A stretch of DNA of 64,000 bases, taken from a virus. Positions 28,548 to 39,168 of this stretch are shown piece by piece (within the stretch, counting starts at the first letter, position 1; every line of letters begins with the position of its first letter). The DNA lies in IMG/VR virus record IMGVR_UViG_3300033149_003931, positions 28,568 to 92,567 of that record; one strand, given 5' to 3'. The notes beneath the pieces were generated by a model, which saw only the letters and a list, made by a program, of their open reading frames with translations, was not told the origin of the DNA and ran no database searches. Made by a program: the position numbers and the translations under genes.

Positions 28548-29207
28548 TTAGTATTCAAGACTTGTAATTTCATTTCCACTTTCCAATGTCCATAAAAACC
28601 AGTCAAGATGTGCCGGAGCCATATTGAATTCTTTTCTGGCCCACTCGATAAAGTATTTTTCAATTTCCAAGTATTTACTTGGACTACTCGGTTGATAGTG
28701 TTGTTTATTTTTCGGCATAAAGTGGGGCTTATACTTTAATACGTGAGTATCAATAATTGCTAAATCTTGAATACCTAAGTTTCTTAAAAAATGACTGGCT
28801 GTTTTATAACCGAAACCTTTGACGCGTAAGATTAAATAATCTCTTAACATGGATGAGTCCGTCTGTGTCTTCATTAAAGACCGAAGACCTTTAATAAAAT
28901 TTTTAGACACCCTGTTAAAACTATGCAGCCGAATTGCTTTTTGCCGTGGGAATCGAACATAGGGCCGTATACACGAGTAAAGAGTTATATCATCAATTGG
29001 TTTATTAAAGTAATCCAGTTCAGATAATCTTTGGACTGCCTTATCTGTCTGTTTTGCATTTCCAGCGGGAACTAATAAACAGAAAACTATTTGATAGAAA
29101 AGTTTCGTATCATCAAGATCAGCTAAAGTAAACATTGTCCCACAATGCTTTAAGCCAACCTCTCGGTATTTATTTACATAATTTTTTAATTCTGTAATCT
29201 CGACCAT
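28548..29207 (-). CDS. ogg: 8-oxoguanine DNA glycosylase/AP lyase (Ogg2-type)
   Basis: VRFP..KA; HhH KGFGYKTASHFLRNLG; AIIDTHV; LDWFLW. Confidence 0.85.
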   Translation of the reverse strand: MVEITELKNYVNKYREVGLKHCGTMFTLADLDDTKLFYQIVFCLLVPAGNAKQTDKAVQRLSELDYFNKPIDDITLYSCIRPYVRFPRQKAIRLHSFNRVSKNFIKGLRSLMKTQTDSSMLRDYLILRVKGFGYKTASHFLRNLGIQDLAIIDTHVLKYKPHFMPKNKQHYQPSSPSKYLEIEKYFIEWARKEFNMAPAHLDWFLWTLESGNEITSLEY

Positions 29208-29220
29208 GAAATTTCTCCTT

Positions 29221-29249
29221 AGTATAACATATTTTTAACGTTAAGTCAA
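29221..29249 (-). promoter_or_regulatory. sigma70-type promoter P3
   Basis: TTGACT-17-TATACT with TG extension. Confidence 0.75.
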
Positions 29250-29936
29250 ATCTAAATCGCCAATATCCAAAAGTATCTGGAATAATTGCCTTAACAACAT
29301 AAATATTTTTCTGAAAATAATTTCCTCATCAACAGTGTTTATATAAATTTCCCAAACCTTTTTCTTATCCCGAGGTAACAAAATAATTCCCGATTTTACT
29401 TCTTTGACATCAAGACCCTTTTGTTTACAATACATGTCTCGATAGATACAAGTCTGAATTTTATGTGAGAGTCTAATTGCTTTCGATGTTTTAATATCAA
29501 ATAGAATTTTTATATGAGAACATGACCCAATTAAATCCGCTGTCCCAGCACTCTTATAATCCTCATTGTCCCAGACAGTATGTTCTATTAAATCACACTT
29601 AAATCCGGATTGAAGCTCAAATTTTTTATATCGCTCTAAGGCATTATGCTCGGATTTCTTACCTGTCCTTATATAGTCTTGAACGATATTATGAATATTG
29701 GTTCCTTCTTGAGATAACGAATCTAATAATTTTTTATGAAAAACAAAACCCAAAGAAGTAGATGTCTTTGAAAGATCTCCACGGGATTTTAAAAATTTAA
29801 TCGTATTTGATACGGCCCATAAAATTAATTTAGGTTTAGGTAATAAACCCAGAATAGTTGTCACAGATGGTAGGGTTATTTGATCCCCTATATCATAAAA
29901 TCTATAAGCCCCCCGCTTATATTTTTTAATCTGCAT
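29241..29936 (-). CDS. PD-(D/E)XK exonuclease
   Basis: PSVTTIL..GTNIH..AGTAD..DIKTS..Q..Y; likely start MQIKK. Confidence 0.85.
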   Translation of the reverse strand: MQIKKYKRGAYRFYDIGDQITLPSVTTILGLLPKPKLILWAVSNTIKFLKSRGDLSKTSTSLGFVFHKKLLDSLSQEGTNIHNIVQDYIRTGKKSEHNALERYKKFELQSGFKCDLIEHTVWDNEDYKSAGTADLIGSCSHIKILFDIKTSKAIRLSHKIQTCIYRDMYCKQKGLDVKEVKSGIILLPRDKKKVWEIYINTVDEEIIFRKIFMLLRQLFQILLDIGDLDLT

Positions 29937-30402
29937 CTTTATACCTCCATATAAAACCATAAGCCGTTTTTAATTTATTTCTGCAACATTGACTAATGTG
30001 CCCGTTTCCGCGAAAGTTTAGCGCTCTTTCAATCTGATTACAGCTTTTCCACTCTTTAATAAAATTTCCAGATAAATCGTATTGAAAAACAATTTTGCTG
30101 CATACTCTTATATTTCTTTCGGTAATATTTTTTGTGAGTTCAATAAATCGACAATTATCAAAAGTATAATCTTTAGTTGAATCCTCTCGATCAATCGAAG
30201 GCTGTCTTAAATTAAAAGCCTTATCTCTGAACCAAAGTTTCTTTAATTCTTTTTCGGTAATTTTACATTGGATGCCTTTACCACCGTAATATTTATAATC
30301 TTTATTTGTTTTACAATTACATCTGGAATTAATTCGATATAAATGGAATACCCAAGGCTTGTTTTGTCTCTTTTTAATATAATGTTTTTTATGCCTATTC
30401 AT
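29926..30402 (-). CDS. WFRD-family HNH + NUMOD1
   Basis: YGGKGI..LWFRDKA..SIDRED..NCRFIE; TAYGFIWRY. Confidence 0.8.
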   Translation of the reverse strand: MNRHKKHYIKKRQNKPWVFHLYRINSRCNCKTNKDYKYYGGKGIQCKITEKELKKLWFRDKAFNLRQPSIDREDSTKDYTFDNCRFIELTKNITERNIRVCSKIVFQYDLSGNFIKEWKSCNQIERALNFRGNGHISQCCRNKLKTAYGFIWRYKDAD

Positions 30403-30835
30403 TCCACTCTCCGAGTTCTTTTAAGGCCCGCTTATAACCATCAATATGAATTTTTTCTTGCCCAGAATATTTAATAGCTGTCTTAGCTTGATGAATCATT
30501 CTTTTGTAATGTTTCGGATATTCTTTTTTCGCTGTTTTTAATGCGAACAATTCCGCATTATATTCGTGTTCTGTGGCGTTATTATATCGAAAGTCATAGG
30601 TCAAGTGTCCGAGTTCATGTAGAATAACATGTAAAATATCAACCCTGTTCGATAGAATCTTTGTGCTATAATTAATGATATATTCATTGGTACTGTCACA
30701 ACGGTAAACAGAAGCTCTGTTACTAATTCGGTTGTCTTTAACTAAACGAATCTTGTATCTCTTATCTAAACCGAGTTTAACGATCCAATAATGACAGTAC
30801 CTTGTGAATATATTTATTTTCGTTAGTTCTTTCAT
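30395..30835 (-). CDS. ImmA/IrrE-like zinc metallopeptidase
   Basis: HELGH..EYNAE. Confidence 0.65.
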   Translation of the reverse strand: MKELTKINIFTRYCHYWIVKLGLDKRYKIRLVKDNRISNRASVYRCDSTNEYIINYSTKILSNRVDILHVILHELGHLTYDFRYNNATEHEYNAELFALKTAKKEYPKHYKRMIHQAKTAIKYSGQEKIHIDGYKRALKELGEWNE

Positions 30836-31983
30836 TTTTCAGGGATAATTGCCACTAATTTGCCGGTTTCAAAATTTGCTTTTTCCGCCAGATTATTGAG
30901 ATCCTCAAGAGTTATGTTCTGCATATTTCTTTCATAATTTTTGATGTACATCTCGTAATCTTGTTCGGCCAATGTAGAGTCAATTAATAACTTTGCTATA
31001 GTTGATTTCTTATCCAAATTTAGTTCATGCTTACCAAGCCATTTGCGACGGGCAAATTCCATCTCTTCTTCGGTAACGGGTTTTGCCAACTGCTCTCGCA
31101 TAAGCTTAGTTGCTAATTCAACCTTACTCGGCATTAGTCCGGCGTAGCCCCAATATTGGACTGTTCCACAACTATGCACTTGATAGTAAAGACTGGTATG
31201 ATAAACCAAATTATTTTGTTCCCGGATAACATCAAAGAATCTCCCGGAAAACCCGTTCATAATGGCTGAGAATAACTCAATAGTAAAATAATCCTTTATC
31301 TCGTTTAGTTGGATCAAACCTGTTACCACCATATTGGCCTGATTAACCCCTTTGCGTTTGATAATATAATCATCATGAGAGTAATCAAGGCTTTCCTGCG
31401 AGAAATCCGGCTTGGCATAGACTCTGTTTCTTGCCTCGCTAGGAATACCACCAATGTCTAAATCAATTTTAGATTGATAATGCTTCTCATAATATTCAAC
31501 TAAAGTCTCCCGAGTAATCCCGGAAACCGTTTCTCTGGTACCGATAATTGGAATATGAAGACCAGAGCCTTCTTTATAGACCGTTTGTTGCGCCAAAGAA
31601 AAGATGTGAGACTGTGGGTTATCTTCATACATTTCCAATTCCTGTAAGACCACCTGCTTTTCCTTTTCCAACTCTTCGGCAGGAAAAATTGAATTATTAA
31701 CCATATCACTTATGACTTCCCGGGCCACATCAGCATACTTGTTACTAATAAGCGCATAATAGAAGGTATGCTCCTCTGAAGTCCAAGCATTAAACTGAGC
31801 CCCGTATTTTTCCATAGCATATTTCAGGTCATTTTTATTCCGAGTTGTCGTACCCTTAAATAACATATGCTCTAAAAAATGTGATATTCCCTTTATTGAA
31901 TCGGGGTCATTTCTTGACCCAACCGGGATCATCGTTCCCACCAAAGTAGAATTACCGCCTGTCTTAATTTTAATTTCAGCCAT
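30832..31983 (-). CDS. M16 (pitrilysin-family) peptidase
   Basis: GISHFLEHMLFKGT..FNAWT..EKEKQVVLQE. Confidence 0.9.
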   Translation of the reverse strand: MAEIKIKTGGNSTLVGTMIPVGSRNDPDSIKGISHFLEHMLFKGTTTRNKNDLKYAMEKYGAQFNAWTSEEHTFYYALISNKYADVAREVISDMVNNSIFPAEELEKEKQVVLQELEMYEDNPQSHIFSLAQQTVYKEGSGLHIPIIGTRETVSGITRETLVEYYEKHYQSKIDLDIGGIPSEARNRVYAKPDFSQESLDYSHDDYIIKRKGVNQANMVVTGLIQLNEIKDYFTIELFSAIMNGFSGRFFDVIREQNNLVYHTSLYYQVHSCGTVQYWGYAGLMPSKVELATKLMREQLAKPVTEEEMEFARRKWLGKHELNLDKKSTIAKLLIDSTLAEQDYEMYIKNYERNMQNITLEDLNNLAEKANFETGKLVAIIPEK

Positions 31984-32885
31984 CAGTTTCTCTCCTTAAT
32001 TTGTTTTAAGATATGTGTAATAACGTCTACTGTCCAACCATTTCCTAAACATTTGTATCTTTGAGTGTTAGAAACCCCCCAAGTATAATCATCGGGAAGA
32101 GTTTGTAAGCGTTCACATTCTAAGGGACTAAGTTTACGAGTATAACTACCATCTGAAACCAATAACCCAAACTTTTTACGTTTTAACATACTTTTTGGAT
32201 TCTCTTTATAGATTGTTGCTAACAAAGTTTGGGCTTTATCTGTAAAAACCAATTGTTTTCTTGCCCTCCTAAAATATTGATCTAAATTGCCGCCTTTGTA
32301 ATAATTAGCATCAATACAATATGATTTATCTCTATCTACTGCATCATCTTCAATAATATCCTTTAAATAAATATGTTTATCTTTAGGTTGAGTAACATTA
32401 GGAATATTTGTCCAGTATAATCTCTTTCTGTTTTGAGCCGAAACTAAAGCAGAATTTATTAAAATTGGTTCAGTTCCAAAAAGACCATTAATATATTCTA
32501 TAAACTCCTTTTTCATTCTAACATTTTCAAATAAAAATTTAACATTCGGATTTTTCATTGTTATTTCTTGCCAAATATCAATTAAATCATGAACCAATGC
32601 GCCTCTAGGGTCGTTATCACCTTTTTGTTTACCAGCAATTGACCAAGCCTGACAAGGGAATCCTGCTACCAATAAATCAATTTGACTAAAATCAACATCC
32701 CATTCTTTCCATTTAGTAAGATCTCCTAATTGAATTGTATTAGGATAATTCTTTTGGGCAATTTTATTAGCATACTTATCAATTTCAGAAGAATAATAAT
32801 TATTAATAGGAATATATAATCTGTCTAATGCGACATTAAGACACGAAATCCCATTAAACAAACTCATTACATTAATTGGTTTCAT
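31983..32885 (-). CDS. C5-cytosine DNA methyltransferase
   Basis: SLFNG, GFPCQ, ENV, QNRKR, ECERLQ, LGNGW. Confidence 0.9.
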   Translation of the reverse strand: MKPINVMSLFNGISCLNVALDRLYIPINNYYSSEIDKYANKIAQKNYPNTIQLGDLTKWKEWDVDFSQIDLLVAGFPCQAWSIAGKQKGDNDPRGALVHDLIDIWQEITMKNPNVKFLFENVRMKKEFIEYINGLFGTEPILINSALVSAQNRKRLYWTNIPNVTQPKDKHIYLKDIIEDDAVDRDKSYCIDANYYKGGNLDQYFRRARKQLVFTDKAQTLLATIYKENPKSMLKRKKFGLLVSDGSYTRKLSPLECERLQTLPDDYTWGVSNTQRYKCLGNGWTVDVITHILKQIKERN

Positions 32886-32886
32886 T

Positions 32887-34317
32887 TTATTCCCCTATTT
32901 TATGAAGTTCAACATAATGTACTTGGTCTTGTGTTTTTAAAACATCCTTATGTGTTACCATGATTACCTGTTTAAGAAAACCCATGTCCATAAAATTTTC
33001 AAATAAAGATAATACTTTTAAACAATTATCATCGTCAACCTTTTCCAAACCCTCATCAATTAGCATGAAATCAATACAAGTATTACACAACTGTTTAAAG
33101 ATTACCATAATACCTAAACGAAAACATAGATTAACTAATACCCTCTCCGAGCCTGATAAATCCCCCATTTCTAAAATTTTATCTCCTCTATGAATAAAAG
33201 GCTTAAAGTCTGGCCTGTTAGATTCCGGGCGTTCTGTTCTAATGTCTACAATAGTGTCAGGAAAAATAATACTCAATAGTTGATTCGCTGTTTGTGTTAT
33301 TACAGGAATATAGGTCTTTAATAAATACGAAGGAAAACCCTTGGGATCAAAAATCGGGATAAGCTGTTCTAGCTCTTTCAGCCGAACTTTGTTAACTGTA
33401 GGCTGCTGTTTAGCCCTCTCCTGTAGAATAACTAATATCCTTCGGGCCCGATTAATCTTAGAGTCGATTTTACCCATAATTTTATTGCATTTGGTCGACT
33501 TAATCCCAACCTCTTTTTGTTTTTTTGTTAAAATTGCCTCTTGTTGCTGTATAGCCTTGAAAACAGTTTTGACTCTTTTTAATCCGGCCTCAATATGCTT
33601 CTTATCATAGGGTCGAGCACACTCAGAACACTTCCCCGATTTGAGTAAAGCAAATTCTTTTTTTAGGCCCTGTTTTTTAAATGAGTATTCTGATTCCTTC
33701 TTAGAAATCTGATTTAAAATGCTTCGTATTTTGTTGTCGATAATTTCATATTTTTCTAAATTCTTCTTATACCCAGAACAAAGACCCTTGACTTTAACAA
33801 AACGCTTTTTAATTAAGGGGAGATTAACGGCTTTTATCTCGACATTCACGGCACTCAGTCCCGCATACTCTACTTTAAGTCTTTGATAAATCGTTGAATA
33901 TTTGTCCAAGTTAAAAATAGAAATTAAAAATTGTCTCAAGTAAGTCGGATCAAATAAGCTTTTTTGTTCATGTGAGGAGATATAAAAAATACTCAGGAAC
34001 TCCTGATAATTTAAGTGTAAGAAATTCTCCAATTCTAATTTTTTTATTCCACTTAAAACGGAACCGCTATTTGTACGACTTCTGGATACATTGAATTCAG
34101 TTAAAGATAAGTCTACTGTGGCTTTATTTGAGTCAAAATTAATGATTTTTTCCAGTTTAGAATTCTGTGTTTTTCCGTGAAGCCCAAAACAAATACCTTC
34201 CATAATATGAGTCTTGCCCGTCCTATTGGCCCCAATGAGGGCATTAATGCCCGGCTGGAAATTAATCTCTAAAGATTTGTGTATTCCGAAACTATCAAGA
34301 TTTATTTTCTTTAGCAT
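32887..34317 (-). CDS. sbcC: SbcC/Rad50-like ATPase
   Basis: GANRTGKT, CSEC zinc hook, LSGSE, IDE, TH. Confidence 0.85.
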   Translation of the reverse strand: MLKKINLDSFGIHKSLEINFQPGINALIGANRTGKTHIMEGICFGLHGKTQNSKLEKIINFDSNKATVDLSLTEFNVSRSRTNSGSVLSGIKKLELENFLHLNYQEFLSIFYISSHEQKSLFDPTYLRQFLISIFNLDKYSTIYQRLKVEYAGLSAVNVEIKAVNLPLIKKRFVKVKGLCSGYKKNLEKYEIIDNKIRSILNQISKKESEYSFKKQGLKKEFALLKSGKCSECARPYDKKHIEAGLKRVKTVFKAIQQQEAILTKKQKEVGIKSTKCNKIMGKIDSKINRARRILVILQERAKQQPTVNKVRLKELEQLIPIFDPKGFPSYLLKTYIPVITQTANQLLSIIFPDTIVDIRTERPESNRPDFKPFIHRGDKILEMGDLSGSERVLVNLCFRLGIMVIFKQLCNTCIDFMLIDEGLEKVDDDNCLKVLSLFENFMDMGFLKQVIMVTHKDVLKTQDQVHYVELHKIGE

Positions 34318-34636
34318 TTTTACTCCAATAAATGGGATAATATTTTTTGAATAAAAGGTCTGTTATTTTAATAACCTGTAGTTCGTCTTTATAACGATTA
34401 TCTTTGTATCTCCAATAAAGCATCCAATGAACCAGTTCATGTAATAAAACTTTGACAAATTTTTCTCTATCTTCAATATAGTCTTGCCATAAGATTATTG
34501 TGCTACTTTTTATACAGATAGCACCGGGTCTCTTCTTATAATGTCTATCAGCCAACTTAACCCACAATGTTGGGAGCTTTAATTTTCCACACCAAAAATT
34601 AATAAAATCCTGAGCTTTATAACAATATTTATACAT
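34295..34636 (-). CDS. SprT-like zincin
   Basis: LLHELVH. Confidence 0.55.
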   Translation of the reverse strand: MYKYCYKAQDFINFWCGKLKLPTLWVKLADRHYKKRPGAICIKSSTIILWQDYIEDREKFVKVLLHELVHWMLYWRYKDNRYKDELQVIKITDLLFKKYYPIYWSKNAKENKS

Positions 34637-35264
34637 CTTTGATTAACCCGGATAATGCGAGAAGAAAAGCGTCTGCAAGATTGTCATCATCAATTGATAA
34701 ATCAAACTTATCCTCCACAAAGTTAATAATCTGAGCCTTTAATTTTAGTGGTTTCCTATCCCAAACTTTTTTTCTTTTAAGCTCGTCTTTAACAATAATA
34801 TTTTCATAGTGAAACTTACCCATGTCTGCGATAAAACCTATCTTCTTTCTTACAGATGTTGGCTGTATCGGATCGGGGGCCTCATCTGCCCACTTATTAA
34901 ATATGAAGAAAGATACCGTTGCGTATTTTGCTAAAACCTTTGTTGTCCAAACAGACATACCAAAATAACAATCTTCAATAATTAAACGCTTAACTAAAGT
35001 CTTTGAGAACTCGGGAAGAATTTTACGAATCTCTCGACATTTTTGAAGATATTCAATAAGCTTTACGTGGAGCTTTCCTTTACTAACCCCCTTTATATCA
35101 ATACTATAAAAGTTTTCGACATAAAGTTTGTTCTTTGTTGTCCGGATAAGACAGATACCCGTCCGTTTCTGGGCGCCATCAATTCCCAGACTCAGTGTAT
35201 TAGATCTGATTTCTTTGTTTAATATATCACAGACTTCTGAAATGTCAATAATTTTTTCAGCCAT
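34629..35264 (-). CDS. RuvC-like resolvase
   Basis: LGIDG..TG, IIED, DNLADA. Confidence 0.75.
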   Translation of the reverse strand: MAEKIIDISEVCDILNKEIRSNTLSLGIDGAQKRTGICLIRTTKNKLYVENFYSIDIKGVSKGKLHVKLIEYLQKCREIRKILPEFSKTLVKRLIIEDCYFGMSVWTTKVLAKYATVSFFIFNKWADEAPDPIQPTSVRKKIGFIADMGKFHYENIIVKDELKRKKVWDRKPLKLKAQIINFVEDKFDLSIDDDNLADAFLLALSGLIKDV

Positions 35265-35276
35265 AGTAATCCTTAA

Positions 35277-35876
35277 TTAACCCCACTGTTCTGCCATAGC
35301 GTCAGCAATTCCTTGAAATGTTAAACTCCGCTTTTTCCAACCACCATAAAGCACAGGTAATTTAGAGGGCGTTCTTGTTCCGTCCTTTTTCTTTCCACCC
35401 CGGGTACTCCCACTATGCCAACTTGCAATAGGCTTAACAACATTTGATGGGATTAGTGTATTTAATCCTTTAAGCCATAAACAAGTTCTTTTGCGATAAG
35501 GATCACCAAATTCAAATGGGTTTATTATTTGTTGTGGTTTTTTCCAAACTGTTGAAAGTATACCAACGGGATTCTCTAAACAAACTTTTTGTATATTTGA
35601 ATAGAATAAGGCCTTTACAAAATTAATCGCTGTTTCTTGACGACCATCTTTTTGTTTTTCGGGCCAATAAACAGCCCCACTACTTGAAAGATGCGTACAC
35701 GGAGGAAAAGCTAGCATCAAATCCCAACCATTATTTAGAATACTGATAACGTCGCCCTGAATATGCTTTCCAGATATTTCTGTTGGAAGTATATCACAAC
35801 TCCAAGTGTCATGACCCTTTTTCTTAAAGGCCGTCCTAACTCTACCTGAGTATTCACAAGCGATTAATACTTTCAT
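35277..35876 (-). CDS. Short C5-methyltransferase-like protein
   Basis: VLIACEYSG, FPPCT, ENP, KRTCLW, GIADAMAEQWG. Confidence 0.85.
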   Translation of the reverse strand: MKVLIACEYSGRVRTAFKKKGHDTWSCDILPTEISGKHIQGDVISILNNGWDLMLAFPPCTHLSSSGAVYWPEKQKDGRQETAINFVKALFYSNIQKVCLENPVGILSTVWKKPQQIINPFEFGDPYRKRTCLWLKGLNTLIPSNVVKPIASWHSGSTRGGKKKDGTRTPSKLPVLYGGWKKRSLTFQGIADAMAEQWG

Positions 35877-36322
35877 AAATCTCCCTTTCTAAAATTTATA
35901 ATAATTATAGACTTTTTCATTCGAACAAATCATAATTCAATAGAGACTCCAACTTGATAACCTTTGATTACTGGAATATCATTTACCTTCTCGTTTGTAA
36001 ATAAGGCTTCTATCATAACGCCACAAACACTTAAACCTGTCTCTTGATTGAATTGTTCTACACATTTTTTGAGGGCGACCTTAAGCCCTGTTACCCGTTC
36101 CGGTAAGTCTTTTGTCAACATTAGGAACTTCCTCCATTGAAATAATTTTAGGCAGAAACCTCTTTTCTCTTTTATCTGCCTTAGTACATTTCTTTCGATA
36201 ATGGTCTATGATTACAAAAAGTGTCTGACCCTCCCAATGATCAAAGGCTTTTCCACCATCAATTAAAACATCATTCACAATTTCAACTTTTGCAGATTTG
36301 TATTTCGTAGATAAAAAGGCTA

Positions 36323-37219
36323 TCATTTTTTTAACTCCGTTTCAATTAAACCAAAAGGTACTTTTTTCTGTTTACAGAAATTTTTTAGAAGTACAGTTTG
36401 GTCTAGGTTTTCTGGAATATCTGTTTTTAGCTCTTTGATTTTAATATCTTCTTGATAGTATTCAATTTTGTAATCCTTTTTAATTTTAAAGATTACTCTA
36501 TGAATCGCGCATAAAGACTCCCCATCGGAGGATGCCTTAATTTTTAAATCTATATCTGTATCTCCTGTAGCCTGTAATTCTTTTAATCCCCGGGCCTTTA
36601 CCTTCCCAGCCTTACCACTTAATTCAAGTTCGTACATTGGCCGAGAATCAATATTAATCCACTGTATTTTTCCTTTAGCAATAATCGCAATTCTTTTCTG
36701 GTCATTGATTTCAGAGAAAGTAACTTTATATAGTGAACCAACATAATTGATATTTTTAAAAGAACATTCACCACTATGAATATGCCCGAGTAGATAGATT
36801 AGTTTGGGCTCAACCTCTTTTTCACTAGCGGAAAGATGCCCATTAATATATCGTGTTCCTTTAACTTCGTAATGACCAAAAATAAAATTATTGATTTTCA
36901 GTTCTTCGTGTTGACTAAAATCTCTACAAAGATCAATCCAGTCCTGTTCATGAATAGCCTCCGACTCAAAAGTATGCTTACCATTTCCAATAATAAAATC
37001 TAAGTTTTTAGTATGTTTTCTTAACCGATTTAAAAACCCCGCTAACATGCAGCGCTCTTCTGCTGTTGGTTTTTTATGAAAGAGGTCTCCTAGCAAAATG
37101 ATTCGATTAAACTTGTGTTTTTTAATACCGGATAAAATAGACTCCTCAGCTAGTTTGATAGCCCGTTTTCTTGAAGCCTGATAGTGTAAATCACCTATAG
37201 TTAGTATTTTATCTTCCAC
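36323..37219 (-). CDS. sbcD: SbcD/Mre11-like nuclease
   Basis: GDLH, GDLFH, GN..H, GHIH, YVGS. Confidence 0.8.
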   Translation of the reverse strand: MEDKILTIGDLHYQASRKRAIKLAEESILSGIKKHKFNRIILLGDLFHKKPTAEERCMLAGFLNRLRKHTKNLDFIIGNGKHTFESEAIHEQDWIDLCRDFSQHEELKINNFIFGHYEVKGTRYINGHLSASEKEVEPKLIYLLGHIHSGECSFKNINYVGSLYKVTFSEINDQKRIAIIAKGKIQWINIDSRPMYELELSGKAGKVKARGLKELQATGDTDIDLKIKASSDGESLCAIHRVIFKIKKDYKIEYYQEDIKIKELKTDIPENLDQTVLLKNFCKQKKVPFGLIETELKK

Positions 37220-37522
37220 GGGTAACCTCTCATCTTAACTCCACTCCATATTAATAAACGGTATAAATAACTTTTTGAGATATTTCTTGACCTTGAAATC
37301 TTAGACAGACTCAGACCACCCGCATAATCACGGATATAATCGACTATGTGACATCTTGAACCTTTAATTATCCTTTTAACTTTCGTCATTCTTAGCTCCA
37401 AAATAAAATCGAATTCAATACTGTAATGATAACTCCAATTAATTTATCTTTCAGGGTTGGGCCGGTAAAAGAAAGATAGCCGAAACTTATCAACATTGTT
37501 ATGTAAGCAATACGTCTTAACA

Positions 37523-37825
37523 CTATTCAACCTCCGATTTTTTTGTAACTTTACAAACCAGATAATATTCTGGTAAATCCAAAACTAAAACAGAGTTTTC
37601 TTTTCCCATCTCTAAAGAATCCTTGACTAATTTATTTAACATATTGGTCGTGACTCTAATTGATTGATGTTTTGTAGCCTTTAAATCAAGACAACTACTC
37701 TTATCACTGAAGTCTCCCTTAAAAGAAAGGGCCCCTGAGAGCAGGTGTTTATATAATTTGTCCTCTTTTTTATTAGCTGTTTTCTTAATTGATTCTTTTT
37801 CATTGAACCATTTAGGATAAGTCAT
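37523..37825 (-). CDS. Hjc-like Holliday junction resolvase
   Basis: SGA..KGD..DLKAT. Confidence 0.55.
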   Translation of the reverse strand: MTYPKWFNEKESIKKTANKKEDKLYKHLLSGALSFKGDFSDKSSCLDLKATKHQSIRVTTNMLNKLVKDSLEMGKENSVLVLDLPEYYLVCKVTKKSEVE

Positions 37826-38449
37826 TTATTCAGCCTTAGTTTTAAATACTTCTGCAAGAGTAAAAGGATAATTATTTAACTTCACGGGAAGTATGCCCCT
37901 ATCCACATCAATTTTAGTTTGGATAATCGCTATTAAATTCCAAAGTAGGGCTGCATGATGATCCTCGTCTACAAGTCCTGCCTGTAATTTCCAAAGATGT
38001 CTGTTAGCGGAGTCAAAATATCTACTGACAGGTTGGCCTAATCTCCAATTATTCACATCATATTTAATGGCCCCATTTTGATAGTGTCGAGCCACGCGAT
38101 TATAAGCACAATAATAATGATTATAGGGTTGGCCTTCATCCAAAGCAATAAGATAACAGGTCAATTCAAACGCTTCATAAATTTCTTTGATATTATCTTC
38201 TCTATTTTCAACTAATTGAGTATACTTCCATAAATGATCTTCAATAGCAAGAGATAAAGCTTTCTTATCGCTTACGAAAGTATCAATGTAGACTGTTCCT
38301 GTAAGTTTAAAATATTCTCTTACTTTTACAAAAGGTTCACCAGCAATTAAATGCGGAGTACCCTTTCCATCGTCCGTATCGCGTTTACTGCCAGTGTCAA
38401 ATGACTGACGTTTACCCGAATCCATAACTTTGTCGAATTGCTTAACCAT
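37826..38449 (-). CDS. dATP/dGTP diphosphohydrolase-like protein (former DUF5664)
   Basis: FDTGSKRD..GK; GAIKY..NWRLG..RHL..DHHAA..WN; likely start MVKQF. Confidence 0.75.
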   Translation of the reverse strand: MVKQFDKVMDSGKRQSFDTGSKRDTDDGKGTPHLIAGEPFVKVREYFKLTGTVYIDTFVSDKKALSLAIEDHLWKYTQLVENREDNIKEIYEAFELTCYLIALDEGQPYNHYYCAYNRVARHYQNGAIKYDVNNWRLGQPVSRYFDSANRHLWKLQAGLVDEDHHAALLWNLIAIIQTKIDVDRGILPVKLNNYPFTLAEVFKTKAE

Positions 38450-38715
38450 TGGTTTTCTCCTTTGAATTATTTTTGGTAGGTAATTCATAGGTAGAATCAA
38501 TCCATGCCACGATTTCTTTTAGCCTGTTCTTCTTATGCCTCATTATTTTATGGATCAATTGAATACAGGAATCACAAACCTCATATTGAGTTCTCGGTTG
38601 AATTTGATTGTATTGTTTTTTCCCCGGTTCAAATTCTTTATCGTGAACAATAACAATTACATTTCGCCCGCGTTCAAGGATATTCGGACATAAATCGCAA
38701 TAATGAACCTCCAAT

Positions 38716-39168
38716 TTAAACCCCCCTTACATATTGCCAAATAAAACCACCACAAGTTTTTTGCTGTCCATTTAATACATTATAAATATTTTGTAGACCT
38801 AAAGTTCTTTGGGCAGAAATAATACTAGGCCAACGTTTAATAAAACCTCCCATTTTACTAAATTGATCTGTCGCTTTAATACAGGCCCTGATTGAATTAT
38901 CTCTTAATTCAAGAAATCGACAATTTGAAAACTCGTAATGCCCACCGGATTCTTCTCGATCAATTGAGGGGTGAAGCATTAAATAGGCTTTATCTCTGAA
39001 CCAAAGCTTCTTTACTTGTTCTTTCGTTAATAGGAACTTGATTCCTTTTCCAGCATAGTATTTACTCCTAGGATGATTTTTAGCTCGGCATCTTTGTTTT
39101 GCTGATCTATAAGAATTTATCCAAGGATATTTAAGCTGGTATCTTTTACAGGCCGCTTTATTATACAT
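38716..39168 (-). CDS. WFRD-family HNH + NUMOD1
   Basis: Same family motifs; TCGGFIWQY. Confidence 0.8.
   Translation of the reverse strand: MYNKAACKRYQLKYPWINSYRSAKQRCRAKNHPRSKYYAGKGIKFLLTKEQVKKLWFRDKAYLMLHPSIDREESGGHYEFSNCRFLELRDNSIRACIKATDQFSKMGGFIKRWPSIISAQRTLGLQNIYNVLNGQQKTCGGFIWQYVRGV

Noticed and set aside
37826-38449. 2-aminoadenine (Z) genome pathway
   Set aside because: No PurZ-like synthetase in the window; the hydrolase domain alone is not diagnostic
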